Source of the DNA: Basidiobolus meristosporus CBS 931.73
Taxonomy: Eukaryota; Fungi; Basidiobolomycota
DNA: 64,000 nt
Assembly (NCBI GenBank): GCA_002104905.1
Contig: MCFE01000016.1
Location: 187,233-251,232 of the forward strand
Direction: 5' to 3'
Under the pieces are notes generated by a model. That model worked only from the letters and a program-made list of their open reading frames with translations, was not told where the DNA came from and did no database searches. Both the position numbers and the translations under genes were made by a program. Of the stretch, positions 40,201-53,168 are shown piece after piece; positions within the stretch are counted from its first letter, which is position 1, and each line of letters starts with the position of its first letter.

Positions 40201-41720
40201 TCCACTTCCTCTGGAGAGGAAGTTTGATCGCCTTCTACAACAACTGATTGAGTGGATGGCTGCGAACCTTCTTCAAAAATGTCCGACTCTAAGGCCATCT
40301 CTCCGTTCGTTTCTTCGTGTTTAGAGAGCTCGACATCAGCCTCTTCCGGAGAGACCGTTTTGCTTTCTTCTGTTACAATCGATTGCTCATTCAGATTGGA
40401 ATTTTCACTGGGAATCACTGGATCTTCTGGTATTTCTTCGTTTGTTGTATCTAATATATTAGACTCAACGGCTGCCTCTTCCAGAGAGGTAGCTGGGCTC
40501 TCTTCCACAAAAATTGATTCTTTAAGGGGGCATGAATCTTCATTAAAAATGTTCGACTCTTCTGCTGCTTCATTCGCTTCACCATATGTAAAAGACTCAG
40601 AAACTACTATTTCGTCAACTGGTATTGATTGTGTAGGTGAATGTGAGTTTCCTTCGGACATATATAATTCTCCAGCTGTTTTATCGCTCACTTCCTCATG
40701 CGCAGATGCCATGTCGCATACTTCTTCTAGGATCGCCAGTTCGGGCAAACTTGAGCATTCGGTGGAGCCCATAGGTTCTTCGGTTCTCTCGTTACTTGCT
40801 TCAGTCTGTACGGAAGTCTCGGTAACTGTTTCTTCTGGAGATGAATCCGAATTTTTGTCTGCAAACGCCACCTCGTCACTTGCCGTATTTGAGTTAGACT
40901 TGGTAGCTGTTTCCTCCAGTGAAGTATCAGGGCTCTCCTCCACCGAAACTGGCTCTTCAATGGTGCATGAGTCTTCATTGGGGACGCTCTGGCCCTCCTC
41001 TATTTCTTCATTCACCACCTCTTCCAGGTTAGTAGCACAACTCTCCTCTACTATAGTTGATTGCTCAGCGGCGCACGGATCTTCATGACAATTATCCAAC
41101 TCTTCAGGCACTTCTTCGCTCGCTTCAGCAGGTATAGCAGACTCCATAGCTACCTCCTCCAGAGAAGTAACAGGCCCAATGACTACTTCCTCCGAACAGT
41201 GAGTTTGATCCTCTTCTACTACAACTGACTGTGTGGGTGATTGTGAGCCTTCATTGGAGATGCTCAACTCTCTCACTATCTTTGCATTCATTTTTTCAGG
41301 TGAAGAGAGCTCAACGTCAACCTCTTTTGGAGACACTAAATCATTCTCTGCCGTAAGTGCTGTTTGTTCGGGTGGATCTGGAAATTCGTTAGAGTCAAGA
41401 GGTTCTTCCACCAATACTCCATTCGTTTCTTCAAGTGTGAAAGAGTCGGCGGTTTTTTCTTTTAGGAGCGAGTTACAACTTTCGTGTATCAAAGTTGACT
41501 GCTTTGTCGAAGGATAACCTTCTGCATCGAAAGGCGCTTCCACTATATCTTCGACCAGCTCATCAAGGGTATCGGACTCAGTGGCTATCCTCTCACAAGT
41601 ATTGTAGGCACTTTCTCCTAAAATAGGGGGCTGTCGAGCTGAGTGGATGCATTCACCGGAAAGGCTCGTCTCCTCCACTATTCCCTCTTTCTCTATGCAG
41701 GGCTGGTCAGCTGCTGACAT
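34236..41720 (-). CDS. Very large (~2470 aa) acidic, repeat-rich protein; the two ORFs join through a 66-nt intron (36238-36303)
   Basis: GTAACC...TTTAG intron joins ..ASLK-S-YSKANAPLMDTV in frame; E/S-rich imperfect repeats; start codon uncertain. Confidence 0.7.
39552..41319. repeat. Intragenic ~410-bp duplication (39552-39960 vs 40911-41319)
   Basis: Near-identical copies at offset 1359 (multiple of 3), encoding ELSSPEKMNA..VSVEESPDTSLEE twice. Confidence 0.9.
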
Positions 41721-43309
41721 GTAACAAAGCAATATATGTTTCTCTACGGGCCACTACTTGTCCCAAAAGTGATTGAATAGCTTCACTATAACCGCCAGAG
41801 CCAGCCAGTGTATGTATATATGTAAGTCATAGGCCAGGACAAGAGCATAAAAGAATACCTGTAGATGAGCTATATTATCCTCATAATACCAAGGATTCTA
41901 TTAATGCTTGAATTCCGTTTGGCCTAAGAGTGCTCAATTGGCTGATGTTGGTAAAATAGTCACATTGAGCTGTAATACCATCGCACGTCCTGCAGTACAA
42001 TTGTCGGATTAATATCATTAGATGGCCTTGAACAAAGATCTACCTAAATGGACCATTTATTTTAGAGCCAACAATGGTATTCAATACTAATTCGTCAGTG
42101 TTTTTGGCAACCAAGAACATATTATTGGAAACATGCAAGTCTTCTCCGAATCCAACATGAACATTTACTATGTGAATCCGAATACACCTGCATGCTCTTC
42201 TCTGGATATGACAATAGTAACAGTGGCGTTTCTAGCGAAATAAAGAATCCATGTAGCGAACTCGGCCTCGGTGGCATCACATACCCCTACTTGTTCCCAG
42301 TGTTGTTGGCACGCTAGTTGCTATTTCGGACCTGCTTCTCATTTAAGCACTAGTGAGCATACATGCTCAATCACATAATAGGTATCGCTTGCTCCACTTG
42401 TCACCCTCTAGCTGTAGTTGGCAATCCGCTGGGTTAAACGCTGAAGATGCATTTTGTCGTCAATTGATGAGGTTGTGCTACTTGAAACCTTGCTTATGCT
42501 ATGTGTCGCAAAGCATACATTAAGCTTCTATCCTTCAGGTGACCTGATTTGCGTTGTGAGCACCAAATGAGGCAAACACCCTGGAATTTAAGCTTTCTAG
42601 CAAGGTACGCCTCGGATCAGCAGGGGCTTGACTGCCAAGAATCGTAACACTGATTAGTGGTCGTCTCCGAATCAGAATCACCTTACCAGCGTTTCTACGG
42701 GACCCATCAGCAAGCAACAAGTAACAGTTGGTGCGGATTTAATTGCATGCTTAAACAACACTGACCTTTGGGTGGAAGGGGATACTTTGGGCCAATCACC
42801 CCTCTGACGTCTATCTGCCTTTCACGATAAAGATGATTGGCACATGGTCCAGGTTTGAGAAGATACATCTGACGCTCATTGCATGAGTACGATTCGGGAC
42901 CAATATCGATTTCAAGGGCTCCCCATCCGCTAATCGCCGCATTTGCATGATTTATTAGGTCTCACATGATGGAGTTCTCTCACTGGTCTTTAGGTGAATT
43001 TTCGTGACGAAATATAGAAAACAATCTTAACAAGGGATTGAAATTCTCCTTTTTTCTGGATTTCTTCTCAAGCCCGTATTCCCTCCTCTCGCTTGGTATT
43101 ACGGTTTTGTTTTTGGGTTTTCTTTAGTTTCATTTTGGTGACTTTCTCTATTTCTTGTCGGTATATTTTATGTATGGTTACTCTGATATTGGTGTGTGTA
43201 TTAACTTGAAATCAACTTCTCTTTCGTGCTGTGTATCGTTGTCATATCTTTCTGTTGAATTTTGTGATTTTCCGTGATCTTTCCACCCTGGATATCAAAA
43301 ACACAGAAC

Positions 43310-44323
43310 ATGTCTTCAGATCGTAAAACTGGTCGCGTCAAGTTCTTCAACTGCCAAAAGGGTTATGGTTTCATCATCCCCGATGATGCCGCTGAGACCG
43401 GAAATGCTGAAAGTAGGTGTATTTTCTTGCTCATGATCGCTATTTACCCGTTTTGTTTGGAAGGTACCAACGTGCTTAGCAGTTGGCGTACGAATATTCC
43501 AGAACACAAGCATGGTTTCATAAATGGGCTATTTCCAATCGAATAGTCCGCTTTGAATCGTATCGAGCGAGTTGCATATCGCAGCTTGTTCTAGCCACAT
43601 CATCTCTGTCAATTCCCTTTTTAACCATTCCTTTACTTCTTGGGGTTTTCTGTAGTCTTTGTTCATCACAGTGCCATTCACAACGATGGTGGCTTCAAGA
43701 GTCTCTCGGAGGTAGTATTTCCCCTCAGCCTGTCCCACGTAAACATCTCACTTATGTTAATTTTAACAGGGCGAGGAAGTTGAATATGACTTAGTACAAG
43801 GCCCTAAAGGAATGCAAGCAGCCAACGTTTCTGGCCCTAACGGAGCTGCTGTCAAGGGAGCTCCGAACTTCTCCAGAGGTGGATACGGAGGGTTAGTGTT
43901 TGATCCACTAACATTACCAGACTTTGTTGATATTAATGCTGCTTGCCTAAAGATACAACAAATTCGGAGGAGGTTACGGGTCTCATGGTAAGTAGCTGCG
44001 TGATCTAATCGCAGCTTCATAACCCATACTTATGGTTATTTTAAGGTGGATACGGCCAAATGGCACAAGGTGGGTACGGTCAATTCCCTCCCTCTGGCTA
44101 TGGAGGTCAAGGCGGCTACGGTCAGTTCCCACCCTCATATGGAGGACAACAAGCGTTCGGAAACCAGGGTGGTTTTAATGGTGGTGGTTATGGCTATGGT
44201 AATCAATCCTTCCCCCATGGACCTGGAGGCTATGGCCAATCGTACGGTCAGCAGCAACCATACAATGGGGAATTCAACCAGCCTTCCGCCTACGACAATT
44301 CCAACCAAGGTGCTCAGTATTAG
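43310..44323 (+). CDS. Cold-shock domain protein with Gly/Gln/Tyr-rich tail; multi-exon
   Basis: RNP1 GRVKFFNCQKGYGFI, RNP2 FVHHSAI, GGFKSL, EEVEYDLVQGPKGMQAANV; GGYG repeats. Confidence 0.9.
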
Positions 44324-44844
44324 GGAAGCTCGAACCACACCCCCTCATTTCGTCCCTGTACTGTGATTCAAGCCATGTATTTCGGAAACATCTAAAGTTG
44401 TATGCTGGGAACTAATACTGAAAAAAGTCTCATTCTACCAGCTCGTTTGTCAAAAGGTGGTGTAGTTGGCATTTTTAGTGTATATGTCTGTTCAATCCTC
44501 CATATCTTTCTTGTCATCTTTCAAATGAAGTGCACCTCCGTTTTCAGATATCCTTCAGATTTGTTTCTTCAACCAATACTTTCTTGAACGCGATACTATT
44601 TAATAATAAACAATAAGAATATCCATCGATAACTACCACTCATGTGTATGTACGTCAACGTACATGTACATTTGATTGGTGTTGCACATGGGATCGTAAC
44701 CAATTACTTACCCAGCGATGCAAATTTGATTAACTTCATCACAGTTCCGTTAATATTGCGTAGAGTGATATTGAGTGACTTGTGTGTTGTACCTTTCATC
44801 ATAAACCTAATCCTACAACACCTCAAACTTACAAGCTTGTTACC

Positions 44845-45571
44845 ATGTCTGAAGAGCCTTGGGATGATTGGGAGGCAGCTGAAGATGCCGGGGTAGGTGC
44901 TTTTCCCAATGAAGAAATAGAGGCGCATGGCATCCTTTGTTCTGGAATCTGATTTAAACTGAAGTTATTGTCTACCACTAAATAATCTCCCTTGCCCATC
45001 CTAGTTTGACCCCAAGCCGATAGCTAATCAAGACGAAGAGAAAAAAAACCACGAGATTTGGAAGAAAGCGTAAGTGAGAAAAGTGTTCAACAATCCAAAG
45101 CACCTTTAAACCTTAATTACTACAGCAACTCATACGGCCCCGTCGAAGTCGTTCACAACAATGATCTGCGGACAGGATATGTTGAACCGGTAAATATATC
45201 TCATTCTCTATTAGTACATTGTTAGCTTCTCCTTTCCCATCATATCCTTTTCATCTCAATATAAGCTTTCAAGTCCACTCTATGGCAGTAATAAAATGTG
45301 CTTTCCTTCTGCAACGTCCCACGCACACCTCTTTTATGCTTGGCTGATCTGCATACTTAAACTCCTTCCCTAGGTTAAAATCCTTCGAAGAGCCAATAAC
45401 AGTGCCCCCAAGAAAGATATGACCGATACAGTCAGCTCCCGGGTCAAGACTATGGAGGAACGGAAGGCGGAATACGAGGCAGCCAGAAGTAAGATATTTG
45501 GTACTGAGAAATCAGATGCGGGCCCCACGTCTGTCGCAACTTCCGGTGCCAATCGAATTCCAAAGAAATAA
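44845..45571 (+). CDS. SZRD1: SUZ domain-containing protein 1-like; 4 exons
   Basis: MSEEPWDDWE N-terminus; VKILRR; SUZ motif KTMEERKAEYEAARSKIFG. Confidence 0.8.
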
Positions 45572-46494
45572 CGTTCGGGAGAAGTGAGCTATTGACGGCC
45601 GTGTGTTTTCAGCAATGTTGAATATTGGCAACCATATCCCAGGATATATTTGACAGTTCAAGCAATTATTAAATATTTATAGATCCTGCATATTCTCTAA
45701 ATACGGTCGGCACAAGCGAATAAAGAGAGCATGGTACCCACCATTAATGTGTGATGACAGCACGCGCAGAGGACAGTGTCCATTACTTTGATTCTACCAA
45801 GGCTTGTTGCTCTCGAGAGCCTGAGCTTTTGGGAAGAGTAAGTGTTCGATGGTGTTGTGAAGGAAGTCTTCGACTCCAGATCGTGATCGGTCAGATTAGA
45901 TCCTTACAGATGATAAACTTCCTTCTCGACTGTATTCCAGCGACCAATCCAAAGAAACGAGACTGCAAGTAATGAGCCTATTGTTGCTTAGATCCAGCAT
46001 TATATGATAGCCTGTTGATGGTATATCTGGCTCGACATCCTGGTCATGTCAAGCATGGCGGAGATCACTGGAGTCCCAAATGGAAAGGCGCGTGATTTGT
46101 GGTGGGGCGGGTTCCTGGGAATTGTGGACTTCGCCAACGAGGAGTCTGGGCTACGCCGAATGATATCTGGTCGAGACTTCCGGTGATTTACTCAATTGAT
46201 CGCCAATGTACAAAGAGGTACAATTCTTCGGGGAAATAATAATTCACCAGGCCAACAATGGAGTGGTGATTATCAATTGTGCGCACCAAGTTCCTTAAAT
46301 ATGAACTAACGCACAGCAGGGTTGTTGTATCTTTGTCGACCTGTGAACCCATACCAGATTTGTTCTTTGGCGCACTTTTTCCCTGTTCCTGTCACTGCCC
46401 CGTCCCGATCCCTCAGAATATCGTGGATTATATCGAAATAGTGGCAAGAACAGTATCGAGACGTTCTGTTCTCGTTAGTGAGTAGAGTCTCTAT

Positions 46495-46872
46495 TTGAAC
46501 AAACTGTCGAGTTTCAAGGAGCGTGGAACTAGACTTCGGGATCGACTTCGAAGGTCAACCACTACTAAGCACCTTCGAAGTAGTGATTCTGAAGTCAGTG
46601 AGAATACTTCCGATACCAACTCAGCCAGCCCTGCCAAGTTCAGGAATTCTCTACTGCAGCAGCTGTTCCGCCACTCGAGTCTCAGGAAAGCAAGCCAATC
46701 CTCCATAAATAATGACCAGAATAAACCGAGGAAATATTCCTGTTGCAGAGTCCCCTATCGAACGGATGTAGATCCACCGCCCCCAGGGAGAATATCATTT
46801 GATGACATGCTATCTGCTGATGAATTCACCATCAAAGTTAGTCTAACTCCAGCGCTTATTAGAGGAGACTGA
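46495..46872 (+). CDS. Hypothetical Ser-rich protein, probably the last exon (5' exon not located)
   Basis: Open frame ending ISFDDML..TIKVSLTP; no ATG; AG acceptors just upstream. Confidence 0.45.
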   Translation: MNKLSSFKERGTRLRDRLRRSTTTKHLRSSDSEVSENTSDTNSASPAKFRNSLLQQLFRHSSLRKASQSSINNDQNKPRKYSCCRVPYRTDVDPPPPGRISFDDMLSADEFTIKVSLTPALIRGD

Positions 46873-47194
46873 GCATCCGTTCGCCAGCTTCCGCAAATAT
46901 CTGCTTCAAACGACGAGGCATGACTCTGTCTTCAAGCCGACAACTCAGCCACGTAGAACCATCGTAACAGTTAAACTAACTCCGACCATAACACACGCCC
47001 ATTAAATAGTAAACTGTAGTTTAGAAAACCCTTTGTATAGAATAACGAAATGGATCATTCCATCCATTTTTGACAAAATACTTGGTTGTACAGTGGAATG
47101 AGCCAAAATAGAAAAATTCGAAAAATTAAAGTCAATCCTACTAAAGAGCTACTACACTGCGATACGCTTGCCACCGCATACTGGCTTTCCATGA

Positions 47195-48809
47195 TTACTG
47201 CGCCGATTTTGTCAAGCTAAGCTTCAATATAACCACTTGGGCTATCTCTTCACGATGGAAATACCTGTTTCCTTTGCACAGGGGAAGCTGCTCGACTTTG
47301 ATACCCTCCTCGTCTAAAGGAGCGTCAATGAATGAACCAGATACTCAAACTACTAGGAACTGTACCTGTGCTGGCATCGAACTGCGCAAAAGTATTTTGG
47401 TTCCTGATTGTGGCTGCTAGTATGACCTCAGAGCCGCGGACCAAAAAGTATTTGAACACTCGCACCAAGAGTGGAATAATTGCTGCGTCGTAGGTCTGCG
47501 GAAAAAATGGTTCACACACTTGAACTAAAGAGAAGCCTGGCAAACGAACAATACCACATCAGCACCGATAACAAGGTCAAATGGTTGATTAGCAACCTCG
47601 CTTTGCTCTAGGTCCTCCCAAGAGAGCTCGAGACTTGCGGTGTTTGGGCAGCGTTCGCTATCTGGATACCGTTAGTGATTCTTCCTGGATGTTCAAAAAG
47701 TCTGAGCTGCCTACTAAGACGAATGTTGTTTTCAAGCTCGGTCAATACATGAGTACTATAATCCGTCATGGTTACTTGCTTGGCTCCAGCGTGCGCACAA
47801 TACAGCCCTAGATAAAAAGATAAGCAATTTATATGATAGTTTTCAGATTCCATCCCTTACCTAGAAATCCTACACCTGACCCAAGTTCCAGGATTCTCTT
47901 GTTGTTGATGTATTCAGGATGGGATTGGAAATATTCCGCAAGATTAAGGCTAGATGAATGTTATCTTAACCTCATAGTCTTTAACGATGTAATACCAGAA
48001 CCTTACCTAGCTTCCCTATTTAGTTGTTAGGTCAGTGTATAAAATGTCACATTAGAAAGGCGCAGTTTCAGAGATATCAAGTCTGTTTTCGTACCATGTT
48101 CGAAGTCCAGTAGTACCTATGCCAAGAAGTGAATACTCAGAATAAGACCACGCTAAACATTTAGCTTTACCTTGTGAAATGAGGCGCTGATCTTCTTTGA
48201 TAGTGATGTAAGTCTGACACTGCTCATCGAGATAATAGGTTTTATAGCACGCTTCTGAAGGTGGCCCAGATACGCTCCTTAATAGTGATGGTGAGCAGAA
48301 ACCGGAATATGGTTGGTATACAGCATACGGAGAAAATACTTTGTTTGCATCATTAGTTGAATGTAATAGTCGAGGATTGCTTCCGAAATTTCCTAGGAAA
48401 CTAAACTAAGTTTTGTTGAATGGAGTGGATTCTGATGCAAATATTCTTTACATGTTGCTGATTTTCCAAGAGTTTAATATACGCCTTTAAAAAGCTTATG
48501 GTGTAGACTGGGGAGCAAGGATACTGCAGGAAAACAGGATCGCTGAGGAGCTGAAAAAGTGTCAGCACATCGCAATTCCTTAAATGAATAACGAAAATAC
48601 CTTTTGATGGAATTCATCTTGCATTTCCGGTTCGGCGTAGAAATTGGCCAACTCCAAAGTATCTCCCTCGCCCTGTTGGAGTTAGCAATGAGTGCCGAAG
48701 TCGAGAGAATTATCGTGACAGAGCTAAAAAGTCTTACCCAGTACAGTAGCCGTATAGGCACCATCTGAAAGTACTGGCGTTTTAATAACTCTATGGAAGG
48801 TTTTACCAT
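47195..48809 (-). CDS. EFM3: Protein-lysine methyltransferase, EFM3/EEF2KMT (FAM86A)-like; multi-exon, boundaries approximate
   Basis: LLKRQYFQMVPIR N-terminus; GLYCAHAGAKQVTMTDYSTHVLTELENNIRL; VILAATIRNQNTFAQF. Confidence 0.75.
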
Positions 48810-49121
48810 GGCGATGCTCGTTGCTCTATGTTATTCGAGAGAGTACTACCAGGCTACTGTGATATGGTTTACATTTAACTTTTTTTTGAAAGGTTCCATA
48901 TATGGCTGAAAACAAATTCGTTCATAGATACCAGACGAAATAATCAAATTTCATATTCATCATTTATTAATAAGCGTCCATCTTGAAGTTGGAAACACTT
49001 GCAAACGCTTGACAGCAAGTATACTACTCTGCCTGCTAGGATAACATTTAAGTTGAACGTATGTTAGATGTAATTGGAGATTAAATAGATTAAGGGTACT
49101 TGGGGGCTAAGTAAAGAATAC

Positions 49122-50609
49122 TCAATATTCATAACGTTTCTTTGCGGCCGTCACTTCCTTTCGTCGTTTGGTCCGTGCATCAATAACCAACTTCCAGAGT
49201 CGTAAATAAAATACCTTGGCCCCCTTCTCTGTTATGTTTGGACATTTTAGACAGCGTTCTATAAATTCTCCTTCCGGGAGTCGACAGAGTTGTAGTCCAC
49301 TCTCGACCGGACATAACACCTTTGGATCGACGTATTTTGACGTCGACTTGATCCACTGCACCATCTCCTCATGCGTCCAGGTAGCGGGATTGTTTGGATT
49401 CGGTTCAGGCTTGACACTAGGTGGCATTACTCGAAGTGGCGTGGTGTACCGCAAGGTATTTAGGCTATGCTCCATGTCTGTGCTGGATGGTGATATATTG
49501 GCAATTACTACTGTGCGGCATTGCCTAGCTGTTGCTAATTCAAAGGCATCCTTCAAGAGAAGAGTAAGCTTGGAGGTACGATAAGGTACATGAAGATACT
49601 GCGTCTGGGATTCAAGTTGGGATCTGGTGCGGATACATTCCTTTAATGTCATTAAGGATTTGTTGATCTCTTTGGTTTCTTTTAAACGCTCAGCAGTGTG
49701 AAATTTGGAATCGGCATGCCGTTCAGAACCAGCCAAATCAACCAGGAAAAACTTGCCGTCTTCGAGCTGCGTCAAAACGGTATTTTGAGTCCTGATACGG
49801 CAAATTGAATGCGATCGGCTAGAAGTCTGGTTTTTGTGGGTACTTTCAGTTTTACGATATGAAGCTGCGAGTTTCAATAATTCAAGGAATTGCTCAATTG
49901 AAGTAACCTCCACTTCTTTTGCTCCAGCAACTTGGACAACTCCAAAAGTATCCTCCATGATCTTCAAAGGCTCTCGATCATTAAACAAGTCAAAGGTTTG
50001 TGAGCCAAGTATTTCAAAATACGACAGAAACACTCGAAACTGCAGTTGGCCAGCTTCTCCTAAATTCTTAGGGGAATTGATCTGCTTGATGATATCGTAA
50101 GCAACTAGCTCTTGAAGCCCAGTCAGAGTGTAGGTTTTGCCACTCCCTGTTTGCCCATAAGCAAACACTGTTGCGATTCCGCCTTTCAAGACTAACGGAA
50201 CAAGGGAGGAAACTGTATGCTCGTAGATAGTGTCATTGTCGTCTTCAGGCCCAAAGGCATAATCCACTTCGTAGGATTGGCTTTCTATTTTTGGCACACC
50301 ATCGAAACGCACCTCCAGTTTGTGCGCGACAGTGGTTGGATTTCGAACAGATATTGCATTTAAACATCCTCTTGCAACTTCATGCTCAAACAATGGTCTT
50401 GTTCTAAGAGAAACAATGATATCTCGTGAATCTTCTTCCAGGGGCTTTAAAGCATCGGAAAACTGTTTCGCTAGAGGCAGTGACTCGTTCCTTTTCTTAA
50501 GTTCGGCACGGTAAAATCCTTCGTGATTATCTTCAGAATGAAAGAATTTAGGCTGCACTTTTGGGTTACTTATTTCTTGTGTTAGTACGCCAATACTCTC
50601 AGTTTTCAT
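49122..50609 (-). CDS. Kinesin-13-like motor protein
   Basis: P-loop FAYGQTGSGKT, switch I SSRSHSI, switch II LVDLAGSER, EINKSLMTLKECIR, HVPYRTSKLT. Confidence 0.9.
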   Translation of the reverse strand: MKTESIGVLTQEISNPKVQPKFFHSEDNHEGFYRAELKKRNESLPLAKQFSDALKPLEEDSRDIIVSLRTRPLFEHEVARGCLNAISVRNPTTVAHKLEVRFDGVPKIESQSYEVDYAFGPEDDNDTIYEHTVSSLVPLVLKGGIATVFAYGQTGSGKTYTLTGLQELVAYDIIKQINSPKNLGEAGQLQFRVFLSYFEILGSQTFDLFNDREPLKIMEDTFGVVQVAGAKEVEVTSIEQFLELLKLAASYRKTESTHKNQTSSRSHSICRIRTQNTVLTQLEDGKFFLVDLAGSERHADSKFHTAERLKETKEINKSLMTLKECIRTRSQLESQTQYLHVPYRTSKLTLLLKDAFELATARQCRTVVIANISPSSTDMEHSLNTLRYTTPLRVMPPSVKPEPNPNNPATWTHEEMVQWIKSTSKYVDPKVLCPVESGLQLCRLPEGEFIERCLKCPNITEKGAKVFYLRLWKLVIDARTKRRKEVTAAKKRYEY

Positions 50610-53168
50610 TATGGGTGGAGTTAATATCGAGCCAGCATATTATGGCTAGTTTTATAAGCCTACATGGAGCTATTGTTGGTATGGGTATGCTGCGGAAGAT
50701 AACCAATGATACTCAATGGCCTGCATATGTGGGTGGGCATTTGGTGTAACAATACCCTAGTGAAAATGTATATATCGAGGGGCTACACACTCTCTAGGCC
50801 TGATGATCCCTGAATCAATTATCAGTATCTTGGCAATCCAACAACAACCCAATCATCACCAACAGGCTATCCGTTTTGTAAATTCTGGTTTATGTAACCC
50901 TCTGCTCCAACTCTCCACACCTTGCTCCCTCCAATCACAACCACAATAGATCTACTGCGAGTCAATCGAGATACAAAAGAGTAAACAAACCAACTTCTAT
51001 CTCACAAAATGCTTTCACGTTGGTCCGACTCAGATGATGAGCAATATACCTAAATAATGAGCCAATCAGAGTAGTATACTGGCGGGTATGGGAACAGAAG
51101 TCAGTCATCGCAAGAGATAACGGGGTGGTGAAGACAGAGCTGCTCGAGACTCTTCGCACGAATATATTTTTGACACTGCACATAAGGCAAGTTACTTGAG
51201 AATATTCGATTGCATTCAGTGAAGGGTCATCTACATCTTAATATATCGTGTCCAAGAGGAGTGTCATCAATACAGTTGGCAGCATCCCTCCTTAAATTCT
51301 CACGGAAAGTAGAAATACCAAAGAATTATGACTACTTCCCAGGCCTTAGTTACACAATAATAAATCTTGGCCTCAGTTTAGAAAAATGAGCACACTCAAG
51401 GTTTCAAGCAAGGAGATCACATTCTTTCATAAGAGTGGTTTCAACAAATAATAAGAATGCGAAGCGCCTAACCATTATTTTTCATCGGCCAATTCGGACG
51501 CCGTTCCCCCGATCAAACAGATGGTTCAACTTTTTAACCGAAAGGCAGGCTAATCTGAAGGGCGTCAATTGCTAGTGTGTAGAAACTAGTTACAATGGGT
51601 TATCAGCCGCAAGCTACGTCATGTAGAGCTAGAATATTATGAAATGGTACTTCCATTAGTGTATCCTAACGATACCACTTGAAGCTATTTAGCGGGAGAA
51701 ATTAAGGATTGCCTGGGGAGAAGTAGCTGGGAATGCTTGTATTTCACCATGAAACAATGCTAGCCTATTGGCAGTGTAAACAGATATACCAGGTAGCAAG
51801 AAAGTGGCTTGTACACAAATTTTGGGAATATGCATTGTGTTGTCAAGAATAACATTGCATCAATCTGTTCAAATATTAGGATCTAGCATATATTCAATTA
51901 GTCAAGTCTCAATTCTAGTTGCTCCATATTGCAACTGCCCTGAAGTATTCATAAATGAAATGCACATCAGAATGGTGCATATACCCCGCTGGGCACTTTT
52001 TGTACTTGCAAAAGCATGGTCAGTATATTTCAATAGAGCATTTCCCACTTTTACATTACCAGATTGCTCCCCCACGAAATACTGGATTAAGAGAACAGTG
52101 CTGGTTTTTGACTTTTGTAAGCAGTATGTATGTATACGCTAGCAATGTGGAACTCGCCCATTTTTGCTGCTCCAGAATAAAGACCAAGGACTGTATGAAT
52201 CATCAGGTCCTGCATTTATACTTCACTACACACAGTCAACAATCTGTTTTCCAATTAGGGCTCAATCAAGGCGCTGAAGGTAAGATCGTCTGGTGCACCC
52301 TGCTGTATTACACACAATAACATATAAACAGGTCATATTTCGACAAGTCTCGGGTTAATAATCCATCCTCAGTTCTAACTAACCCTGGATATGGATGGAG
52401 CAAGTGTGAGTCTGAAGAGGTTCTGTATCATGCGCAACTTGCACTAGCACACCCATCAAGTCCTCTCCGATCGACAAGATCTAATGCATACAACCTGTTT
52501 GACCTTGCATTACTTTTCTCACCATGAGTAATGCTCGGCTGAATCTTGGTGGCACAAGTGCAATGGTTAATTCATGCCATTGAAGAGTCGCCAGTTCGTT
52601 AGATTTTAGTTGCACATGCTAATTTTGAATCTAGCATCCTTAGTAATACCACTTCTATAATCGGGACTCGGGGTTACGCTTAATGACAGTTGAAAGTGGC
52701 CAAGTACTCCTATCATATATGTTAGTTGGATGTGGTCGAAGGTTGGTGATACTCTGCCGCTTACCCGTAGAGCCTTCGACTTGCTTCTGTTGGCGATCGT
52801 TAACCTAAATAAGATTCCTGTTACCATAGCTAATAATAGTGAGTGAGCCACTCCTGTTCAAGAAATTGCCTTGCCTATCATCAGGGCTATTTCAAGTTCA
52901 ATGGGCATGTATAACTTGACCCAGGCAAATTAACTCAATGGCTCATGAACACAACATCAATGCTTGGCCGAATTTTACTTCAATCAGGCTGCATCCGCTT
53001 AGTGCCTGTGGCGGATCATAGTATTGGGTGATTTTCATTGATGTGTATATGCCCCATCATCAATTTACCTATATCAAGGGTGCTTATATAGATGTGTTTG
53101 TGCAGCTTATAGCTCGTCGAGTACATTCCCCATTGCCAACCTGGAAGTTCCCCTCTAAGCCTCGAGCG

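Noticed and set aside
38470-41517. Plus-strand Ser-rich ORFs (up to 278 aa)
   Set aside because: Antisense shadows of the Glu-rich repeat gene
51780-52330. CpG-poor segment with GLREQC, vaguely like an RT GLRQGC motif
   Set aside because: No other RT motifs in register; at most an unidentifiable relic
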